A DNA stretch of 64,000 nt, from the NCBI GenBank assembly GCA_949358305.1, contig OX442314.1:7564001-7628000 (forward strand). The letters are read 5' to 3'. A program made the translations under genes and the position numbers. Positions 34,059 through 45,671 of the stretch are shown here, in pieces. The notes under the pieces are model-generated. The model did not search any database and was not told the DNA's origin. It saw only the letters and a list, made by a program, of their open reading frames with translations. Source of the DNA: Strigamia acuminata (lineage: Eukaryota). Position 1 is the stretch's first letter. Each line of letters starts with the position of its first letter.

Positions 34059-37000
34059 GCCATGGCGAGTTTAATCTCAGCCATCTGCTTCATTATCGCG
34101 TCAAACTTAGCGTCTTCTTTCGCTGTTCTTGGGCACTCATTGGAATAGTGACCCGGTTGGTTACACTTAAAACAACGAATATTTGATTTGTCTCTTGGGG
34201 CTTCAATCGATTTCTTTTTTTCAGGGTCTACTTTCGACGGTGGCGTGTAATTTTTTCGAAAATACTTCGGAATTCGGCCGGCATTTGGTTTTAACCTGGC
34301 GCGAAATTCTTCTACCGCTCTATCTCGATGGATGAGATGTACTAGCGGTCCTTCCTCATCGCAACCCGTTGATAAGGTATCGCGATAGCTTCGTATTTCT
34401 TCGTCCGTCGAATAATCGTCTTTTTCTTCTTTTTCGTCTGATTTTCCGACATTTTGTTCGGCTTCCTCCCCCTCCTTGACCTCCTCCAGTGTCGCTTGCA
34501 TGGCTGACGCTGTCGGTGCCTTTTTAGGGGCGGCCAATGGGTTGGAAGGCAGCGTGGATGTCAGTTTATTTTTTATTTGTAAACCAACGCTAGCTTCTGC
34601 CAGCTCCATTATACCGCTAAGATATTCAGTAGGGCGCATGATTTTGTCTGTCGCCCCATATCTTTCCGCACTCAACTTGAGACGTTTAGCGGTTGCTGCT
34701 TTCTCCGCTTCTGGTAAAGCGGAATAATATCTCTTCTCGATATCTATCGTGTTCTCGAACAGGAAGGCGCTCATTTCTTCGTAGCTGCCTCCTGTCGGTG
34801 CCCTTTCTTCAAGTAGCACCCGTTGCGAGTATTCCGACAAACCGCCGAGAAAGAAAAGGTTGAATCCCGTGGCATGAAATTCCATCGGGGCCTTTTCGAA
34901 CAACAATCTGGCGCGAATGTCGTAATCCATTATGGTTTCACCAGGCATCTGGCGAAGACCTCGCATCTTTCGGCTCACCTCTTCGGGTGTCTCGCCGTAG
35001 CGCAGGTCGAATCTCATTAAAAAGTCGTCCCAATTGACGCCTTTCAATCCTTGGTACCACTCACGTGCCGAGCCTGTCATTAGCTCGACAATACCGTGGG
35101 TGAGCATGTCTCCTACGGTGGCTTTAGTGGCAGTCTTAATTCGAATTACTTCGTCAAGGAAGCGATCTCCCGCTTTCCATGACCCGTCGAAACGGTTCTG
35201 AATATAAAATTGCCACCTAATATTCCCGGTAACACTCATGGTGTCACGTCGGGAGACAGCGTATTTTTTCTTTACGCGGTCACCAGTGTTACGATTACGA
35301 TCATTTCGTTTGCTCAGATCGATTCCTTCGGCTTTTAACGAGCCAAGCAGGGCTCTTCCAAGCTCTCCCATCGTATACTGCCGACCCGTCGAATCGGTAA
35401 ACGCGCTTTGTCGGGGAAGGTCCTGAAACTCCTCCCGTCGGTGGCCGCTATTTTCCGATCGACGTCGTTTCTCTTTATCGCGCGGAGAGTTGGACCTCTT
35501 CCGGCGATTACTGGATTTATCATTTCGTCTGTCGTCGTCGGACGAGGGGTCGGAGCTGGGGTCGGGAGACGGTGAGTGGCGTGGCAGGTCGCGCCGTGAA
35601 GAGCTTGACTCTTTCCGGCCTCTACGACGGTCGTCACGTTCCCGTTCCCTGCGTTCGTCGCGTTCTCTCTCCCTTCGTCTTTCTCCGGAACCTCTCTCCG
35701 AATCGTGATGACTGGGTGCATTCGACTCCAGTTCATCCGACGACGAATCACTGTTTCCGTAGTGATACTGTTGCTGCCCTCTCTCGCGTTGACGTTCCTC
35801 TCGTGACGAGGTGCGGTCTTCGGAATGTTTTCTCGAAGGTCCGTCGTCTTTGAGGATGGGTACCGGCTGTTGCCAGTCGTTACCCCGCGGGTCGTCGCGT
35901 TGTCGGCTCGTGTGAGTCTGTTCTTCGTTACGACGCGCGTTGTTCGCATTTATTAATCGGTTGATAGCGTTGTTAGTGTTATCGTCTAACGCCATCATGC
36001 GAGGTCGAACGCGTTGTTCGGTCGAGACTTCCCGTTTGCGTGGAGTGACTGGCACTTCCTTTTTTCGCTCGGGTTTGGGGCTGACCTTCGGCGTGCGCTT
36101 CGGGTCGCCTTCTACGCTCTCGTCGGACAATTCGGACGAGCTAACTTCTGGCTTGCGAACGGATTTTGGTTTGTCTCGTTGCAGCCTAGTCATGAAAGCT
36201 TGTTCAGCTTCTTGTTGAGAACGGAATGCATAACGATGTGCATGTAAGGCTCGATCAACTATTTCGACTTCTTCTGGAGTAGTCGGAACGCGCTGGGATT
36301 TGCCGTACTCGAGAGCTCGCGCTTCTCTTTCCGCCAGCTTCCGCTTTCTCTCGCGGATGGCTTGTCGGGCCTCATTCTCGGCATCCGCTTCGAATTGAGC
36401 GGAGTCTACCATTTGTTGAGCGTATGCGTCTTCAACAACGGTGATTTCTGGGGATAACCTGTGCGCTCTTAAAGCTGCACGTACGATTTGTAATGTTTCG
36501 TACACAGTTATTTTTCCCGTTGGCAGAGTGTATCGTACACCTTCTGCCTGTGCCAACTGCATCGTGTCAACCAATGTGGCCGAGACGCTGTAAGGCTGGC
36601 TCGAGACACGCTCAGTTTTTGACGCATTGGACTTGTGTCCTTCAGACCTGACCGAAGCTGGGCGGCTTTGCGTAATTGGCGTGTTTAGTGTCGAATTAGC
36701 TGTCGTATTTGAGGCCGTCTTTTGTATCGGAGACGCCGCTTTCGGACTGCCCACCTCGGTGTCGTGCGTTAGACGAGGCGATGGGTTACGGGATAAAACC
36801 TCGTTTCCGCTCGTCTCGCCGTCACGGTTAGAACGCGGCAGTTTGGAGTGAGATTGCTCTTCACCCCGCTCTGTCTCGTCCAATCGCTGCCTCGTCTCGG
36901 AACGAGACGGGTGCGATGCCTCTGATGCGCTTCTGCGATCGGGTTTAGGCTTGCGCCGTTTTTGCCTCGCTTCGTGCGCTGAGGCTTTGGGTAAGGGACC

Positions 37001-37093
37001 TCCAGATCGCAAGTGATAGTCGGCGCCTTTACGACTGCCGGCTCTCTTGTTCGCGTCGGAGTCGGAATCCGTTACTCGGATATTGTCTGCCAT
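34013..37093 (-). CDS. gag: Element C Gag, about 1026 aa, with a long RS/RE-rich N-terminal region
   Basis: LMTGSAREWY...WDDFLMRF...RQMPGETIMDY capsid motifs and CFKCNQPGHYSNEC knuckle. ATG at 37093. Confidence 0.92.
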   Translation of the reverse strand: MADNIRVTDSDSDANKRAGSRKGADYHLRSGGPLPKASAHEARQKRRKPKPDRRSASEASHPSRSETRQRLDETERGEEQSHSKLPRSNRDGETSGNEVLSRNPSPRLTHDTEVGSPKAASPIQKTASNTTANSTLNTPITQSRPASVRSEGHKSNASKTERVSSQPYSVSATLVDTMQLAQAEGVRYTLPTGKITVYETLQIVRAALRAHRLSPEITVVEDAYAQQMVDSAQFEADAENEARQAIRERKRKLAEREARALEYGKSQRVPTTPEEVEIVDRALHAHRYAFRSQQEAEQAFMTRLQRDKPKSVRKPEVSSSELSDESVEGDPKRTPKVSPKPERKKEVPVTPRKREVSTEQRVRPRMMALDDNTNNAINRLINANNARRNEEQTHTSRQRDDPRGNDWQQPVPILKDDGPSRKHSEDRTSSREERQRERGQQQYHYGNSDSSSDELESNAPSHHDSERGSGERRRERERDERRERERDDRRRGRKESSSSRRDLPRHSPSPDPSSDPSSDDDRRNDKSSNRRKRSNSPRDKEKRRRSENSGHRREEFQDLPRQSAFTDSTGRQYTMGELGRALLGSLKAEGIDLSKRNDRNRNTGDRVKKKYAVSRRDTMSVTGNIRWQFYIQNRFDGSWKAGDRFLDEVIRIKTATKATVGDMLTHGIVELMTGSAREWYQGLKGVNWDDFLMRFDLRYGETPEEVSRKMRGLRQMPGETIMDYDIRARLLFEKAPMEFHATGFNLFFLGGLSEYSQRVLLEERAPTGGSYEEMSAFLFENTIDIEKRYYSALPEAEKAATAKRLKLSAERYGATDKIMRPTEYLSGIMELAEASVGLQIKNKLTSTLPSNPLAAPKKAPTASAMQATLEEVKEGEEAEQNVGKSDEKEEKDDYSTDEEIRSYRDTLSTGCDEEGPLVHLIHRDRAVEEFRARLKPNAGRIPKYFRKNYTPPSKVDPEKKKSIEAPRDKSNIRCFKCNQPGHYSNECPRTAKEDAKFDAIMKQMAEIKLAMAKNESKNESAQAAKK

Positions 37094-37141
37094 TTTTGGG
37101 TATGAAAATGATCTCAAGTTCTATTCGAGTCGTTTAAATCG

Positions 37142-37159
37142 ATCCCGGACAGGCCCCCA
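37142..37159 (-). promoter_or_regulatory. Element C PBS, tRNA-Pro-like
   Basis: TGGGGGCCTGTCCGGGAT versus the canonical Pro PBS TGGGGGCTCGTCCGGGAT (16/18). Confidence 0.8.
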
Positions 37160-37161
37160 CG

Positions 37162-38156
37162 TGTCGCGCTCAACTCGGTCTGTCGCTGATACGTGGTATG
37201 AGTCACTCTCTGATCTCGCAATACCGCTTTACTCAAGCGGTTACCCAAATAATGTAACACGGCAAGACAATGTAAAAGGTAAATATAATAAATGTATTTA
37301 TTATACGGGAATATACAGTTAAAAGGGAATAAAATATGTAAGGGAATAAAAAGGTAAAAGGAAAGGGGTGTGAAGTTGGCGGGAAACTGGTCGAGGTCGT
37401 CCTTTGTCGCTGTGGATCCAAGATGGCGTCCGCGTGGCAACGTGGTGTCGTCTTGGGCCGGCGTGGCAATGAATGGCGTCCTCGTCTCACGTTTCTCGTT
37501 CGGTCCTTCGGGCTCACGCTGGTCGGGCGCGAGTGAATGCCTGAAAGGTCTTACTTCTGGTCTGTTGTCTAGGTTTAGGGTTTTTTGTAGGTGTCCGGCG
37601 ATCACACAGCGGCGGACGCTTGGTGGTTCCCGGCGATACACACAGCGGCGGGAACGCTCGTCGTGGTTACTGCAATTTAGGCTTGTGCGACCGTTTGTCT
37701 GCACAACTCGCTAAATTGGAGTAGGTTTACTATTTCTAGCTGGCTTGCTAAAATAGTGTGGTAATCTTGTTTCGCAGGTTACTCTGCGGAGGTTAACACA
37801 AATCAATCGTACTCACGTTGAAAGTCCCTTGTCCTAGGTCACTCCTGAAGTCTTTGTACTTAGGCTTGATCGTTTTAGGACGTTTGGCTTTTACGTGTAT
37901 CTTGGTTGATTTTTGTGTTGGTTCTGCCCGCTCAGTGCAAGGCGAATTCCTTTGCACAAAGCGGGGGTGACAGGTGACTAAAGCCACCCAATAGTGGAGA
38001 AGACGAATCTCCCCCACTCCCCCAGGGCAGACGCCCGTCCATTGACTGGATGTCAATGCTCTGAGGGAAGGGAGGCGCGCGTGCGACTCCCCTTCTTTAC
38101 CCGTATGTAGGCCACGAGAGAAACTCTTCGTGCCCCACCCCAGTCGGGTCACCACA
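37162..38156 (-). repeat. Element C 5' LTR
   Basis: Adjacent to the PBS; flanked by TSD ACGA. Confidence 0.96.
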
Positions 38157-38160
38157 ACGA

Positions 38161-39319
38161 TCACCATCAACAAAGTTCCGCAGTCGTCGCAGTCGAGATC
38201 CGTCCACTTTATCCAGTCGTGGGCACCACCGTCCTGTCCGTCCGCTCCCAGCGTGGCATTTCCCGTCGCCAAACACGAACGCCGTTGGGACGAATTGAGT
38301 TCGAGCAACGCCACACGTAGGGATATGCTGTTCGCCGTCGAATCTCAGGTCGCGACAGTGCACGATGCGCAATCAGACCTCGCTTTCCTTGCCGAATTAG
38401 AGTCGCGAATCAGTTTGGTCGATCCCTCGGTAACTAACGAGCAGAAGGAAGCGCTCCGCAAAGTTTGCATCCGAAATTATGCCGCATTCACCCACAGCGC
38501 ACCTCTCGGGTTGTGCCCCGACGTCGAATGCGATATTTCACTTACCGACGACACTCCGATCCGGGAAAAGCCAATTCGTTTTAACGAAAAAGATGCGGCA
38601 TTCGTGTCCGAATCGATCCGAAATTGGCAAAAACTTGGAATTTGCCGCCCATCGACCTCGCGCAACAATTTCCGTTTGTTTGTTGTCAACAACCCCGCTA
38701 ATGTTACGACCCCTCGCCGCATCGTGTTGGATTTACGTCCACTCAACGCCAAACTTAATCTAAAAGTTGACCATTGACGAGACGCTCGAGAGACTCACGT
38801 GCAGCCAGCCGATGTTCTTCAATACTGTCGATGTCGCCCAGGCATTTTATAATATTAAGATTCGTGCCCGCGATCAATCGATAATCGGATTTTGGACTCC
38901 CGACGGGCACCAGGAACTTTTGCGTATGCCTATGGGCATGGCGAACTCTCCTTTCATCATGCAGGAGACGATGGACGACATTTGCGCCAATATTCCGGCT
39001 ACCGAGCCTTACGTCGACGACGTCGCCCAAGCACACGCTCTTGTTGACTCTCTTATCGCTAATTTTGATTTATTGTTGCAGAGTATCATACGCAAGGGAC
39101 TCAAAATCCACCTTTCCAAATGCCAGCTTTTGTCGAAGGAAATTCGTTTTTTGGGATATTTGGTATCCGCCGCCGGTCGCCGCACCGACCCCGTCCGTCT
39201 CGAAGCAGTTTCTCGCTTTACCAAGTTCGTCACGGTGAAGCACCTGCGAGCATTCCTCGGTTTCGCCAGTTATTACCGACGCTTCATCCCTAATTTCGCT
39301 GCCAAGGTGAAGACGCTCA
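38161..39319 (+). pseudogene. pol: Element B reverse transcriptase segment (frameshift near 38770)
   Basis: RIVLDLRPLN, RMPMGMANSP, YVDD, FLGFASYYRRFIPNF. Confidence 0.9.
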
Positions 39320-39802
39320 TGTAGCAGAGGAGTAGGCGCAGAGTGGTCAATTAGACCGTGTGGAAGCGTGAAACACGCACGAAAAACAAAGTGCGTGGCC
39401 GTGATGGCGGGCGCACGTAAATACCGCTAATGGCAGGTCAAATACAAGCTGCCGCACGTGGAAAACGTGCTTATTTGCAGCAAAAGACTACTACACAATG
39501 TAAAAATAATAAATGTTTACTTTAAAATAATACAACTTACAAATTGAGACCATTTTGGTGTGGAAAACATGGTTATGCTTGCACAGCCTGCAAGCAGCCA
39601 TCTTGGACTAAGGAAAATATACAATGACACCATCTGGTGTTAGGAATTATCAACTTGATACAATTGAGCTGTGGGCAGCATTATACCCAATGATAAATAA
39701 TTATATAAAGACAAAATAAATACAAAAAGCTACTCAGTGCAGATAAACACTAGGAAATATCCGTAATGAGTACGGAGGACTATTTGGCATTGGAAAACAA
39801 CA
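39320..39802 (-). repeat. Copia-2 3' LTR
   Basis: Direct repeat of 45692-46174. Confidence 0.95.
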
Positions 39803-40009
39803 ATTTCCCCCTTCAATGCCAGATAGCCGCACAATTAAACAGAAATGGGGAAAATATCATATGTAACTTTACAATTTTCAAATAATTAAGGAAAAACAAC
39901 AAATCGAATCATCGAGCCGGGTACTATTATACAAATGTCCATCAAAGCCCGAAAATTCCCACTGGAACTCGATGATCCTCAAAATTTGGGTAAAACTAAA
40001 TTAAGAATG

Positions 40010-43000
40010 TCACGATAGGTTGAAATTGAAAATCCGGGAAATCAGGAGACGCAGTTGAGATGAACCCAACCATTTGGTGAAAATGTCTGCCACGTTTATT
40101 GATCCGGGGACTTTGCGCAATTGAAATGCACCTGCTGTGTACCATTCCCGAATCCAATGAAATTTCACTCGGATATGTTTCGTTTTACTGTTCTCCACGT
40201 CATTTGATGTGAATTGGATGGAAGAAAGCGCATCGGAGAACACTATAGGTGGTGAAGATCTATTCAGCATCGGGACGGAACTGTAGACATAATCCAGCCA
40301 ATAAAGCTCACGGACGCACTCAACGAGGGCGACAAACTCCGCCTCCATCGTTGAGCACGCCACGCTGGTCTGTTTTCTACAACTCCATCCGATGGGGACG
40401 TTTCCAATATAGGCTATATACCCGCCGAAACTCAAAGAAGTGCTGACTTCGGTGGCCCAGGACGCGTCAGTATATCCCCATAGTTGTCCATTGGAGCAAT
40501 TTGACAGTTCAATTGCGTAATCCAAAGTATTGCCTACGTAGCGCACAACCTGCATGAGTGCCTTGATGTGCGTGTGGTTATAGCAATTGTTAAACTGTGA
40601 CAACATTATAACTGAGAATAATATGTCGGGTCGTGTCCTCGATGCGAGGAAGAGAAGAGAGCCAATTAACGAACGATAAGGAAATTCTGGCAAGTCCTCT
40701 TTCGACCCTTTGACGAGCGTCGTTCCTGGTGTTACTGGGACCTTGATGAGTTTATCGGCGATAATTTCAAATTTCTTGAGAATCTTCTGTATGTATGCAC
40801 GTTGAATGATGAAGATTCCTTTGGGAGTACGGATGAACTCTACACCTAAAAGTTTTGAAATTGGGCCTAAATTGACGATGTCGAATTTGGTGCTAATGAG
40901 CGCAATTAATTGAGTCAGGACGCTATCCGTCGCGTAGAATAGAACTATATCATCGACGTACACTAGCATTACGGCGGAGAAACCGTATATGTATACACAG
41001 TTGCATCCTGGTAATCTGTGAAATCCCAAATCGCGCAAAGTCTGATCTAGTTTTTCAAACCATTGGCGCCCGGACTGATGGAGTCCGTAGAGAGACTTTA
41101 TCAGAAGCCATACATGATTTGGGTTTGAACATGTCGCGCCAGCTGGAATGCGCATATACACCTTATGCGCAAGATCACCGTATAGGTATGCGCACTTCAC
41201 ATCTAAGTGTGCGTCCTTCCACCCTTTAAGCACTACTAGCAGGCAGAAGAATAGGCGTATGAGAACAAAGTTGACAACTGGGCTAAAGACTTCATCGTAG
41301 TCCACTCCTAACGTTTGGCGAAAGCCCTGTGCCACTAATCTAGCGCGATATCTTGCTGGTTTGCCCTGCGCATCTTCCTTCAGTTTGAAGAGCCACTTGC
41401 ATCCTAATATGGTTGTATTTTCCGGTTTAGGGACCTCTTCATAGACGCCTCTTTTTGCAAAAGTGTCTAACTCTTCATTAATGGCTTCCTGCCATTTGGT
41501 TGCATCCGGAAATCTTACAGCCTCTGCGTAACTTGTGGGATCACGACGACAAAGGTGCACTCTGGGAAGTGGTGGCGGAAGATTCTCTAATTCATATTCC
41601 ATGTTGCCAAAATAAAATAATTCGGGATCATAAGGAATATTGTTCATGTGACAGAATTCCTCAACGTCACCTCTAGAACGTAATCGGAGTCCTGCTTCTG
41701 GGAAATAATAAACATCGACTTTGAGTTTTCCAGGTTCCTGTACTTTGCGCAAATGTTCCTCTCTTTTCCAGTGTCTACACTCAGTATCTCCACCAATGTA
41801 ACGCCATTTATATGCAGTTGCAGCTCCAGTTGGAGGTGGACCATGGTGGGCTGCTTGATGAGCTTGTGGCGCATTTCCACGAGAGCCTCGACGAGCATTT
41901 ACAAAACTCGGAGGTGAACCAGGTGGTGTATGACTTGGTGTATTGCCGGGAGTAATAACTGGACTCGGCACCGGCGTTATTACTGGAGTAATTAGAGGAG
42001 CTCGAATAGGAGATCCCGGAGTTGGAGTAGCTGGCGGAGTCCGGAATTGAGCACCCGCTGGGGTCGAATCGTCAGAGTCATAGTCCGTATCACATTCATC
42101 CTCTGAATCCGGAAATTTGGGCCAGTCAGTATATTCCAGTCCGTCATCAAACCTCACATGCGGTTGAGAAACTCGCAATGGTTGATAAGTTTGCGATGTT
42201 TGGCGCATTTGATCCATATCTGGTCCCATCCATGGCTCTTGCGGACCTCGATAATGGTTAGAGCGTTTGTACGATTGCCTTTCGTCAATTTGGACGTGAA
42301 TGGATTCGATGACTTTATTGTCTTTTGGGTTCCAGATGCGATAACCTCGCGTTGTGGTGGCGTAACCAACTAAATAGCCCTCCCAAGCTCGTGGATCCAA
42401 TTTGTCCCTGCCAGGAGCCGTGTGATGTACCCAGCATTTTGAGCCTAATTTCCGTAGGTGTCGGAGCGAAAGGGCACGTCGTCGCCACAAAATATAGGGC
42501 ACCTCATTTTTGAGACGAGAATGAGGGCACCGGTTCTTTATATACGAGAATGTCACTGCGAATTCCGCCCAAAGTTCATTCGGAAGTCCAGTTTCATCTA
42601 GGATGGCACGCGTGTAATCCGCCATTGTGCGGTTTATTCTCTCCGCTGTGCCATTCATAGCGGGGCTATGGGGATTGGTCCGCTGGGCTTGAATCCCGGT
42701 CTCTTTTAAATAGCGGTCGAATTCGTTTGATAAGAACTCCCCTCCTCGGTCGGTTCGGATGGCCTTCACTCGTTTGCCCGTCACTCGTTCGATTCGTGTG
42801 ACGTAGTCTTTGAAGAGTCCAAACACTTGGGATTTTTGGGCCATCGGAAATATCCAGGCATAGCGCGTGGCGTCGTCGATAATCGTTAGCACATAACGCG
42901 CGCCTCCGTAGGAAGTCGTTCTTGAAGCTCCCCACACGTCCATGTGTAGAAGATCTAGAGCCTTTGAAGAAATCGGATGTTCATCAGGTTTATGAGAAAT

Positions 43001-44815
43001 GCGCGTTGATTTCGCAATTCGACAATGATTACACGAGAGTTCCTTGTTCACTTCTGCCGGTGTCACTCCATAAACTTGGTTATTTCCGGCCAAAAGCTTC
43101 ATCGCATTGGTATGAAGGTGACCCAATCTGCTGTGCCATATCCCTGTCGCATCCTTTTTAACCGATGGTGCTGCAACTTTCTTTTGATTTGCCGACTTTG
43201 GATTCGGTTTGGAAGTTGGAGGAATTGCCTTTAATGTGTCGGCAAAGGATGGGACTTGAGGTAATGGATTGGTAGGAACAGGTACAGGAGGTGTCTTGGA
43301 CTGGGTTACTTTGATTGGTGCAGGTGGAGGAATTTCATTTGGCAAAGGAGGGAATTCGAGCCGAAAATCAGTAAAAAGTTCAGGATTTTTCGACTTTTTC
43401 TTTGCTCTTGGATACTGGATGAAATCCTCTTCTGTCGTGACTAATGTTCGGGTCGGAGCGATTGACTGCGCAATAGGTACATCCACTGTTGACATCAGTG
43501 TTGAAGGTGTGCACAAGCCGTCGACATAATAAAGGCCGCCCTTTTCTTTGGCCCGAAGCATTGGATGTTTAATGTCGGATTTGTAGACATAGACGTCTCC
43601 ATTCCAAATATGGATGTGATGTTTAGTTTTGTCCATTTTTGACACCGAAATCAAATTCGCCTCGAATTTTGGCGCATACAACACATCATGGAGATTTACG
43701 ACACATTCTACGTTGTTGATCATGGAGATAATCTGGACTTTGCCCTTTCCTAGAACTTCGGAATGTCCCTGGCCTAAAGCGATATTAAAGGGCACAACTT
43801 TGACAAAATCCTGAAACCATGCTTGAACGTGACACACATGATCGGTTGCCCCACAATCCACGATCCATTCATGTGATTGCATGAAGTGAATTGTGGGCAA
43901 CTGTTGCGGAGCACTTGTGAAAAAGTTTGTTTCCCGCCTTGCGCTGGAATTCCCCCTTGGTCTCGAATCATCCCGGTTTGAGTTCTTGTTGCGTTTGCGG
44001 CTTGAACTCCTCGGCTTCCTTTGAAGTGAAACTGCCGGTTGATTTTTGTCATCTCGGCGCGATGGCAAAGGACATTTATTTGCGTAATGGCCAAATTCCT
44101 GGCAATTAAAACACTGCACCGAAGGTAACGGTCGAGAGGGACGAGAACGATTTCTCCCACGTTGCTGTTTTTCACCAGCATAGGCACGAGAATGTTTTGA
44201 ATTGTCTATGTCGCGCGAATCCATAGCTTTGAGTCGCATATGTTCCGCGAGTAACTGTTCGGACACTTTCTTTGGTGTGAATTCACCGTTGGGCAAGTGA
44301 TATGTTGTGAATGAAATCTGTGAATATTCACGAGGCAATAAGTCCAAGTATTGGTAAGCGTGGTGATCAGGCGAAGTTATCTCTCCGATATCTTTCATTT
44401 GGCGGACATGATAGTCAACGCGTCCTAAGAAGTCGGCCATATCTTCGCCCTGCTCTAGGCGCAAATTCAAAAATTCGCGGCGCATGGCTGCCTGCCGCGC
44501 ACGAGATGATGGCACATAAATGTTGGCTAAAATGTCCCATGCTTCCTTCGGGGTTTTACAATCATCTAGCGCAGACTTCTTCGCCTCGCTTACAGAACAG
44601 TTTATTAAGCCTAATGCCTTGGCTTTACGACGCTTGTATTTCTTCTTTTCCTTATCTCCGGCGGTTTTAAGGAAATCTTGCTCTTCTTCTTCCGTCACAT
44701 GTTCCCACAATTCCTCACTTCTCAGCACCATGCGCATTGAGCGCTGCCATAGTTCGTAGTTTCCTACGCTGAGAATGGGAAGTGGCCCGGAATTTCCTTC
44801 GACGGACTTGGACAT
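40010..44815 (-). CDS. Copia gag-PR-IN-(MBD-like)-RT-RH polyprotein, 1601 aa
   Basis: CFNCQEFGHYANKC, WIVDCGATDH, WHSRLGH/CNHC, IRTDRGGEF, YVDD, YTDASW and ADIFTK, in Copia domain order. Confidence 0.96.
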   Translation of the reverse strand: MSKSVEGNSGPLPILSVGNYELWQRSMRMVLRSEELWEHVTEEEEQDFLKTAGDKEKKKYKRRKAKALGLINCSVSEAKKSALDDCKTPKEAWDILANIYVPSSRARQAAMRREFLNLRLEQGEDMADFLGRVDYHVRQMKDIGEITSPDHHAYQYLDLLPREYSQISFTTYHLPNGEFTPKKVSEQLLAEHMRLKAMDSRDIDNSKHSRAYAGEKQQRGRNRSRPSRPLPSVQCFNCQEFGHYANKCPLPSRRDDKNQPAVSLQRKPRSSSRKRNKNSNRDDSRPRGNSSARRETNFFTSAPQQLPTIHFMQSHEWIVDCGATDHVCHVQAWFQDFVKVVPFNIALGQGHSEVLGKGKVQIISMINNVECVVNLHDVLYAPKFEANLISVSKMDKTKHHIHIWNGDVYVYKSDIKHPMLRAKEKGGLYYVDGLCTPSTLMSTVDVPIAQSIAPTRTLVTTEEDFIQYPRAKKKSKNPELFTDFRLEFPPLPNEIPPPAPIKVTQSKTPPVPVPTNPLPQVPSFADTLKAIPPTSKPNPKSANQKKVAAPSVKKDATGIWHSRLGHLHTNAMKLLAGNNQVYGVTPAEVNKELSCNHCRIAKSTRISHKPDEHPISSKALDLLHMDVWGASRTTSYGGARYVLTIIDDATRYAWIFPMAQKSQVFGLFKDYVTRIERVTGKRVKAIRTDRGGEFLSNEFDRYLKETGIQAQRTNPHSPAMNGTAERINRTMADYTRAILDETGLPNELWAEFAVTFSYIKNRCPHSRLKNEVPYILWRRRALSLRHLRKLGSKCWVHHTAPGRDKLDPRAWEGYLVGYATTTRGYRIWNPKDNKVIESIHVQIDERQSYKRSNHYRGPQEPWMGPDMDQMRQTSQTYQPLRVSQPHVRFDDGLEYTDWPKFPDSEDECDTDYDSDDSTPAGAQFRTPPATPTPGSPIRAPLITPVITPVPSPVITPGNTPSHTPPGSPPSFVNARRGSRGNAPQAHQAAHHGPPPTGAATAYKWRYIGGDTECRHWKREEHLRKVQEPGKLKVDVYYFPEAGLRLRSRGDVEEFCHMNNIPYDPELFYFGNMEYELENLPPPLPRVHLCRRDPTSYAEAVRFPDATKWQEAINEELDTFAKRGVYEEVPKPENTTILGCKWLFKLKEDAQGKPARYRARLVAQGFRQTLGVDYDEVFSPVVNFVLIRLFFCLLVVLKGWKDAHLDVKCAYLYGDLAHKVYMRIPAGATCSNPNHVWLLIKSLYGLHQSGRQWFEKLDQTLRDLGFHRLPGCNCVYIYGFSAVMLVYVDDIVLFYATDSVLTQLIALISTKFDIVNLGPISKLLGVEFIRTPKGIFIIQRAYIQKILKKFEIIADKLIKVPVTPGTTLVKGSKEDLPEFPYRSLIGSLLFLASRTRPDILFSVIMLSQFNNCYNHTHIKALMQVVRYVGNTLDYAIELSNCSNGQLWGYTDASWATEVSTSLSFGGYIAYIGNVPIGWSCRKQTSVACSTMEAEFVALVECVRELYWLDYVYSSVPMLNRSSPPIVFSDALSSIQFTSNDVENSKTKHIRVKFHWIREWYTAGAFQLRKVPGSINVADIFTKWLGSSQLRLLISRIFNFNLS

Positions 44816-45671
44816 AATGACGTGAAGTTACGAAACTATCCGTAGCAAAACACACCGGATGGAGAATGGTACAATTGGAGCACTTGACGGTCTCGTAGCA
44901 CGATATCGCGTTGCACAACACAAATACGGCGCACTGATCGAAGCACTGTCAAAGCGGATATCAATCGAATTGGGCAACCACTTCTGAAGTGGTCAGATAA
45001 CCCTAGCCAGCCAACACACAGGGGTTCGTTCGCCTACCTGGAGGCGCGGGAGTACCTGTTGGCCGCGGTAAGCACTGGCTAGGAATGAGTTTGTGCGGTG
45101 GTTCGACTGAACCGGAGGGCACAAACTATTCTAAGGGACCCACAAAAACTTAATACTATCTTAAATACTAACAAGCTAATTACGACTACTGAAAAGCAAT
45201 TTTTTTTTAATTAGTATGATGAGACGTTGCGCCAATCTAGAGATGAAAATGGCGTAGTTGCGCATTTAAATGCGAAAATCGTCGAAAATCGTCGTTTCTT
45301 CGAGAAAAATCGTCGATACAACGACCGTATACGATGTACTAAGTCGGGAATTAGTCCAAATCGTCGTTCACGCTGTGTAAAGCGGGTTTCCAACGTCGAA
45401 TCTCGTTGGAAAACGGCGAAAATCTGAAAATAAATTGAAATTCGTCTCGAAAATTGCGAAACCCGCAGAAATTCGGACGAAATTAAATGAAAAATCGTAG
45501 AGCTGGTCGTGCAGACTACGTGAGAACGTCGGCGTGTCGTCTCGAACGTTCTAGAGACGAAAATCGTCGCGGAAATCGGCGCAATCTGCAAATAGAAAAT
45601 TTATCGCAAATTCGCGAATTTCGCGAAAATGGCGATAAAAATTAACGGTTTCGGCGTGCTGCAAGGATAGC

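Larger units (their letters stand above)
24640..38156 (-). mobile_element. Element C: intact 13.5-kb Osvaldo-like Gypsy element (gag, pol, ORF3)
   Basis: 995-bp LTRs (24640-25634, 37162-38156) with no difference seen by eye, 4-bp TSD ACGA, tRNA-Pro-like PBS, PPT GGGAGGGGGA, three long ORFs. Confidence 0.96.
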
